Below, one piece after another: positions 51,605-56,240 of a stretch of 56,240 nt of DNA. The translations under genes and the position numbers were made by a program. Source of the stretch: Octopus sinensis (Eukaryota); the NCBI RefSeq assembly GCF_006345805.1, contig NW_021833907.1:1-56240 (forward strand), in the 5' to 3' direction. The notes under the pieces were generated by a model. That model saw only the letters and a program-made list of their open reading frames with translations, ran no database searches and had not been told where the DNA came from. Positions within the stretch are counted from its first letter, which is position 1. Each line of letters starts with the position of its first letter.

Positions 51605-51700
51605 CTTTTACTGATGAAGTGTGACCTATGGTAGACTAGCTTAATTTAATTTAATTAAGCTGGTCTATCATTAAAGACGATACGATGCATCGTATAAAAG
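51605..51700 (+). ncRNA. Hammerhead, unit 2, disrupted core (GATA instead of GAAA; stem II 3' strand partly lost)
   Basis: ...ttaaagac-GATA-cgatgcatcgta-taaaag. Confidence 0.75.
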
Positions 51701-52074
51701 ATGAATTAGGGTAAATTTTTTTAAATTTTCACCTTATTTCCGAATACACTACTTGGCGGTTGGAGTTCTGCGCTCTTTCTGGTGGACGAATGGCCTGTTA
51801 GGCCATTCCTAAATTGTTATATTTATACATATTTAGTCTTTGACTATTTTCTCTTTTCCACTAGGCCGCGCTGGTAGCGATAAATTTTTACTGAATTTTT
51901 TGCTACCCTAAATTGATTAATTGATAATTTTCTGACTAATTCTGAGATTGAATCGGCAGTTTATATTTGCTGCCGATAAGTTTGGCGCGAATGCGTTGGT
52001 CTTGAAAATTTTAAGACAGATATTCCCGAGGCATTGATACAGTCGCCTCGTGTATATCCGTCTCTCCCAGGTTT

Positions 52075-52174
52075 CTTTTACTGATGAAGTGTGACCTATG
52101 GTAGACTAGCTTAATTTAATTTAATTAAGCTGGTCTATCATTAAAGACAACTGATACGATGCATCGTATAAAAG
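52075..52174 (+). ncRNA. Hammerhead, unit 3, variant core (GATA instead of GAAA)
   Basis: ...gacaact-GATA-cgatgcatcgta-taaaag. Confidence 0.75.
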
Positions 52175-52550
52175 ATGAATTAGGGTAAATGTTTTTAAAT
52201 TTTCACCTTATTTCCGAATTACACTAATTGGCGGTTGGAGTTCTGGCTGCTTCTTTCTGGTGGACGAATGGCCTGTTTAGACCATTCCTAATTGTTATAT
52301 TTATACATATTTAGTCTTTGACTATTTTCTCTTTTCCACTAGGGCCCGCTGGTAGCGATAAATTTTTACTGAATTTTTTGCTACCCTAAATGATTAATTG
52401 ATAATTTTCTGACTAATTCTGAGATTGAATCGGCAGTTTATATTTGCTGCCGATAAGTTTGGGCGAATGCGTTGGTCTTGAAAATTTTAAGACAGATATT
52501 CCCGAGGCATTGATACAGTCGCCTCGTGTATATCCGTCTCTCCCAGGTTT

Positions 52551-52648
52551 CTTTTACTGATGAAGTGTGACCTATGGTAGACTAGCTTAATTTAATTTAA
52601 TTAAGCTGGTCTATCATTAAAACACTGAAACGATGCATCGTATAAAAG
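52551..52648 (+). ncRNA. Type I hammerhead ribozyme, unit 4, intact; cleavage after A52642
   Basis: ctttta CTGATGA agtgt...acact GAAA cgatgcatcg TA taaaag. Confidence 0.92.
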
Positions 52649-53779
52649 ATGAATTAGGGTAAATGTTTTTAAATTTTCACCTTATTTCCGAATTACACTA
52701 CTTGCGGTTGGAGTTCTGGCTGCTCTTTCTGGTGGACGAATGGCCTGTTTAGGCCATTCCTAAATTGTTATATATATATATATATTTAGGCGTAAACCCT
52801 GTGAGTGATTTGGTAGACAGAAACTTAAAGAAGCCCGTCGTATATATGTATATATATGTGCGTGTGTGTGTCTATATGTTTCTATGTGTTATTTTATTGG
52901 TCACTTTTGCCGATCCGCTATGTTAAGGGGGGGGGGTGTTATGTTTGCTTGGAACCAAATGCTCACCGACAAATTATCGTCAGAAATTAAATAAGTTTTC
53001 TCCTCTTATCTGAATATTCTATGGCCTCATATAAGTTTTTGATCGATTATTGGGATGGCGATATCTCATTTCTCTAGTTACTAAAATGCAAACCCGACGA
53101 ATTTCCCTCCTTTCCCAGAATATATTTCAGTTGGTTGTAAATTATGCTTGTTGTTCACTGATGACAAGGCTATGATCAGAGGCGTTTCGGTCATGATCAT
53201 CCCGTCGATTTACTTACTTCACAATATGTGTTGTGTTCTTTCCTTGGTTAAATCGGTAGGGTGTGAGACAATTGAATATCATTGTCTCAAATGCTTACGA
53301 TAGGGCTGGTAGCGCAAATGTTCAAGTAATGGACATTCACTAGTCCTGAAACCTACACCGACAATCATTATTCTAATACATCACATGATGTGGATGTTAA
53401 TTTTTATAGATCTTTCCGAAATATAAGTCCGACCTTACTATCAAGATGAAGCATCAATTTATTAAATGACATCTAGGATTGAATTATTCTGCTACTAGCA
53501 GAAGAATGAAAGTGATATTCTACGTGGTTTACTCTGCATGTGTGTTTAGTATATTGTAACCTTCATGTACATGGGTTATCTCAAGTAAAACATAGCCTCG
53601 AATGTTTAGGGACGTCCAGTTCACCCTGTGTAACTTGCCACAGGAGTCACACAGCAGATGCAGGTACTAGAGGTTAAAGACTGTACTAATTCCTTAAGTT
53701 GTTCACTTGAGCATCCGCATACCAATTTATTATTATTCGATATACACAAAAAACTTTAGATTGTCTGAGTACGTTCGCG

Positions 53780-53810
<31 letters not shown>

Positions 53811-55094
53811 TAATGTATATATATATATTAATGTATATGTGGGCGTCTATGTGCATCTGTGTGTGTGAGTACATGCACAAGTGTTCGGCTTTTAACATAC
53901 ACACACAGACACACACACATGCACATACACACACACGCACACGATCACACATATTTGTATATATATATATATAAAAATATTCATACGCATTCAGAGATCT
54001 ACACACACATATAAATAGTGTATTCTCTTCTTTAATTCTTTTACTTGTTTAAGTCATTTGACTGCGGCCTTGCTGGAGTACCACCTGAAAAGCCTTTAAG
54101 CCGAAGAGCCGAAGAAATTTACAGTTGGGCTTAGTTTTTGTAAGCCTGGTACATATTTTTTTGAACGCTTTTGCCGAACAGCTATGTTAAGGCGGGAGTA
54201 AAAGAACTGCTCTCAAGCTGTGAACGGGTAGCAAACATAGTCACACAGACACACACGCACACAGGTAAACACACACACACACACGCTCTCACACACACAC
54301 GCGCGCGCGCGCACCACACATACACTCACAGACACACTCACACACACATATGTATATATATATATATATATAACGGATTTCCTTCGGGTCCGTCTACTAA
54401 ACCCACTCACAAGTCTTTGCTCGGCCCGAGGTTATAGTAGAAGACACTTTCCCAGGTTGCCAAGCAGGGAAACGAAACCTGGACCTATGTGCTTGCGGAG
54501 CAAGCTTCTTGCCACATAGCCACGCCTATGCATGTGTGTTTATGTAGACATCTATAAACAGGATGAAGAGGACAATCAAATGTTTAACTAATATTTCTTA
54601 CGTGCGTGTAACAACGTTATGGTTGCTTGGAACCAAATGCTCACCGACAAATGACTGTCAGGAACAACGTTATTCTATTAAGTTGCATAGTTATAGAGAT
54701 AGAGAGAGATGGAAAAATAAATCATATATATGTGTGTATATAATATAAATTTTAAATCTTAAAAGAAAAATAACAAAACCGTTTATCTATTCGCATTCTG
54801 ATTTCCTTTCCTGTCGAACTACCATTTGCCTTTCATTTCTCAGAGGTGCTGAAGTCCAATTAGTCGACTGTCCAATTCCCCCACAAAACACAACCACTGG
54901 CAATCTACCTAACCCAGAAACCACTTTATAGGCGGCAATCTAGGACTTTAGGACGAAGAATTTCTACGCGGGGTCATACGTAATCATGTATGGTTATATA
55001 AAGATGCATGAGGATATATATACATAAACAAACACGCACAAATATGTGTGTGTGTATGAATGTGTGCGCATATGAGTGTGTGTATGTATTTTCG

Positions 55095-55367
55095 TTTGTA
55101 TATATATATATATAAATATATATATGTATATATATATATAAATATATATATATGTATATATATATATAAATATATATAAGTATATATATGTATATATATA
55201 TATAAATATATATATATTATATATATATATAAATATATATATGTATATATATATATATAAATATATATGTATATATGTAATATATATAAATATATATATG
55301 TATATATATATTATATATATTAAATATATATTAGTATATAATATATAAATATATATGTATATATATG

Positions 55368-55405
<38 letters not shown>
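55095..55405. repeat. Long degenerate (TA)n microsatellite
   Basis: Directly visible. Confidence 0.95.
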
Positions 55406-55408
<3 letters not shown>

Positions 55409-56240
55409 TGTATATGTGAGCGTGTGTCTACATGTGTGTTGGAAATCATGCAGATGTGTACGAGGCAAAAACACTCACACCACACACACACACACATATA
55501 TATATATAGGTATATAAGTACATATTTATATATTCATACGCATTTATATATACACACACGCATGCGCACACACACATATAAAGGTGTATCTTATTCTTTA
55601 AATTCCTTACGTGTTGAAGTCATTTGCCCACGGTCATGCTGGAGCACCATATCAAAAGCCTTTAAGCCCAATAAATTGACATCAGAGCTTATTCTTTGTA
55701 AGCCAGTACTTATTTTATTGGCCGCTTTTGCCGAACCGCAATGTTAAGGAGGGGCCTTAAAAAATGCTGTCAAGATATGAATGGGTAACAAACATAGTCG
55801 CAAAGACAGAAACACACATACACAACAAACAAACTCACACACACACACACAAACACATATATGCTTCAATATATATAGATACATATAGAACGCACTTCTT
55901 TCGGTTTCCGTCTACCAAATCCACTCGTAAGGCTTTGGTCGGTCTGAGGTTATAGTAGAAGACACTTTCCCAAATTGCCATGCAGTGAAACTGAACCTGG
56001 AACTATCTGCTTGTGAAGCATGTTTCTTACCACACAGCCACGCCTATGCATATGTGTTTATGTATAAGTCTATATATAGGATGAACAGGACAAAGAAATG
56101 TTTGAATAATAATTCTGACGTGCATGTAACAACGTTATGGTTTCTTGGAACCAAAATCTCACCGACAAATGATCGTCAGGAACAACTTAATTGTATTAAT
56201 TTGCATAGTTATAGAAAGATAGAGAGAGAGGGAAAAATAA

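Larger units (their letters stand above)
50955..52774 (+). mobile_element. Tandem array (~3.8 x ~475 nt) of a hammerhead-containing non-coding unit: putative non-LTR retrozyme
   Basis: Unit starts (attaattgataattttc) at 50971, 51446, 51916 and 52393. One HHR per unit, no listed ORF, (TA)n on both sides. Confidence 0.88.
11560..56240. repeat. Nested segmental tandem array: partial unit 11.56-15.14 kb, then units at ~24.87-35.21, ~35.21-48.27 and ~48.27 kb to beyond the window end
   Basis: Anchors recur in the same order: GGGGCAACCAGATCG at ~24915/35257/48307; ATGGATCCC at 25783/36136/49812; tttcatttctcagagg at ~11590/27232/37606/41291/54831 (variant ~50640); gttaagacggtaggg-like at ~13507/26675/29197/37063/39550/43203/53267. 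Confidence 0.9.

Noticed and set aside
53150-53210. CTGATGA and minus-strand ccGAAACGCCTC motifs in the sub-repeat module (also ~26620, 29130, 36975, 43130)
   Set aside because: The core pieces lie on opposite strands or lack compatible stems I-III; no complete hammerhead can be built.
1-56240. CRISPR arrays, rRNA or genuine tRNA genes
   Set aside because: None seen. Repeats lack unique spacers, and tRNA-like A/B boxes belong to SINE heads.

Overview
AT-rich, microsatellite-dense eukaryotic DNA, most likely Octopus or another coleoid cephalopod (inferred from SINE families I recognise). Scattered 1-nt homopolymer indels suggest long-read assembly error. Four main structures. (1) 1-7.3 kb: a minus-strand LRR-protein gene with a signal peptide + LRRNT exon followed by one-LRR-per-exon cassettes. 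Two cassettes are recent tandem duplicates whose exons are more divergent than their introns. The gene continues off the window start. (2) ~11.5 kb to the end: a nested segmental tandem array of 10-13 kb super-units made of SINE/LINE debris, microsatellites and unexplained modules. (3) 15.1-24.9 kb: a young head-to-head palindromic dimer of a Penelope-like element (PLE; RT + CxCx5Cx5C linker + C-terminal GIY-YIG, ~940 aa consensus) with ~4.3 kb inverted arms. It has type I hammerhead ribozymes (HHR) in its pseudo-LTRs, sits between (ATT)n and (TA)n, and appears to replace ~0.8-1.4 kb of target DNA. (4) 50.96-52.77 kb: a ~3.8-copy array of a ~475-nt non-coding, hairpin-rich unit with one type I HHR per unit, inserted in (TA)n. 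This is a candidate retrozyme / viroid-like circRNA locus. Its ribozyme architecture and 3' junction resemble the PLE's, suggesting an autonomous/non-autonomous pair. All alignments, folds and counts were done by eye.
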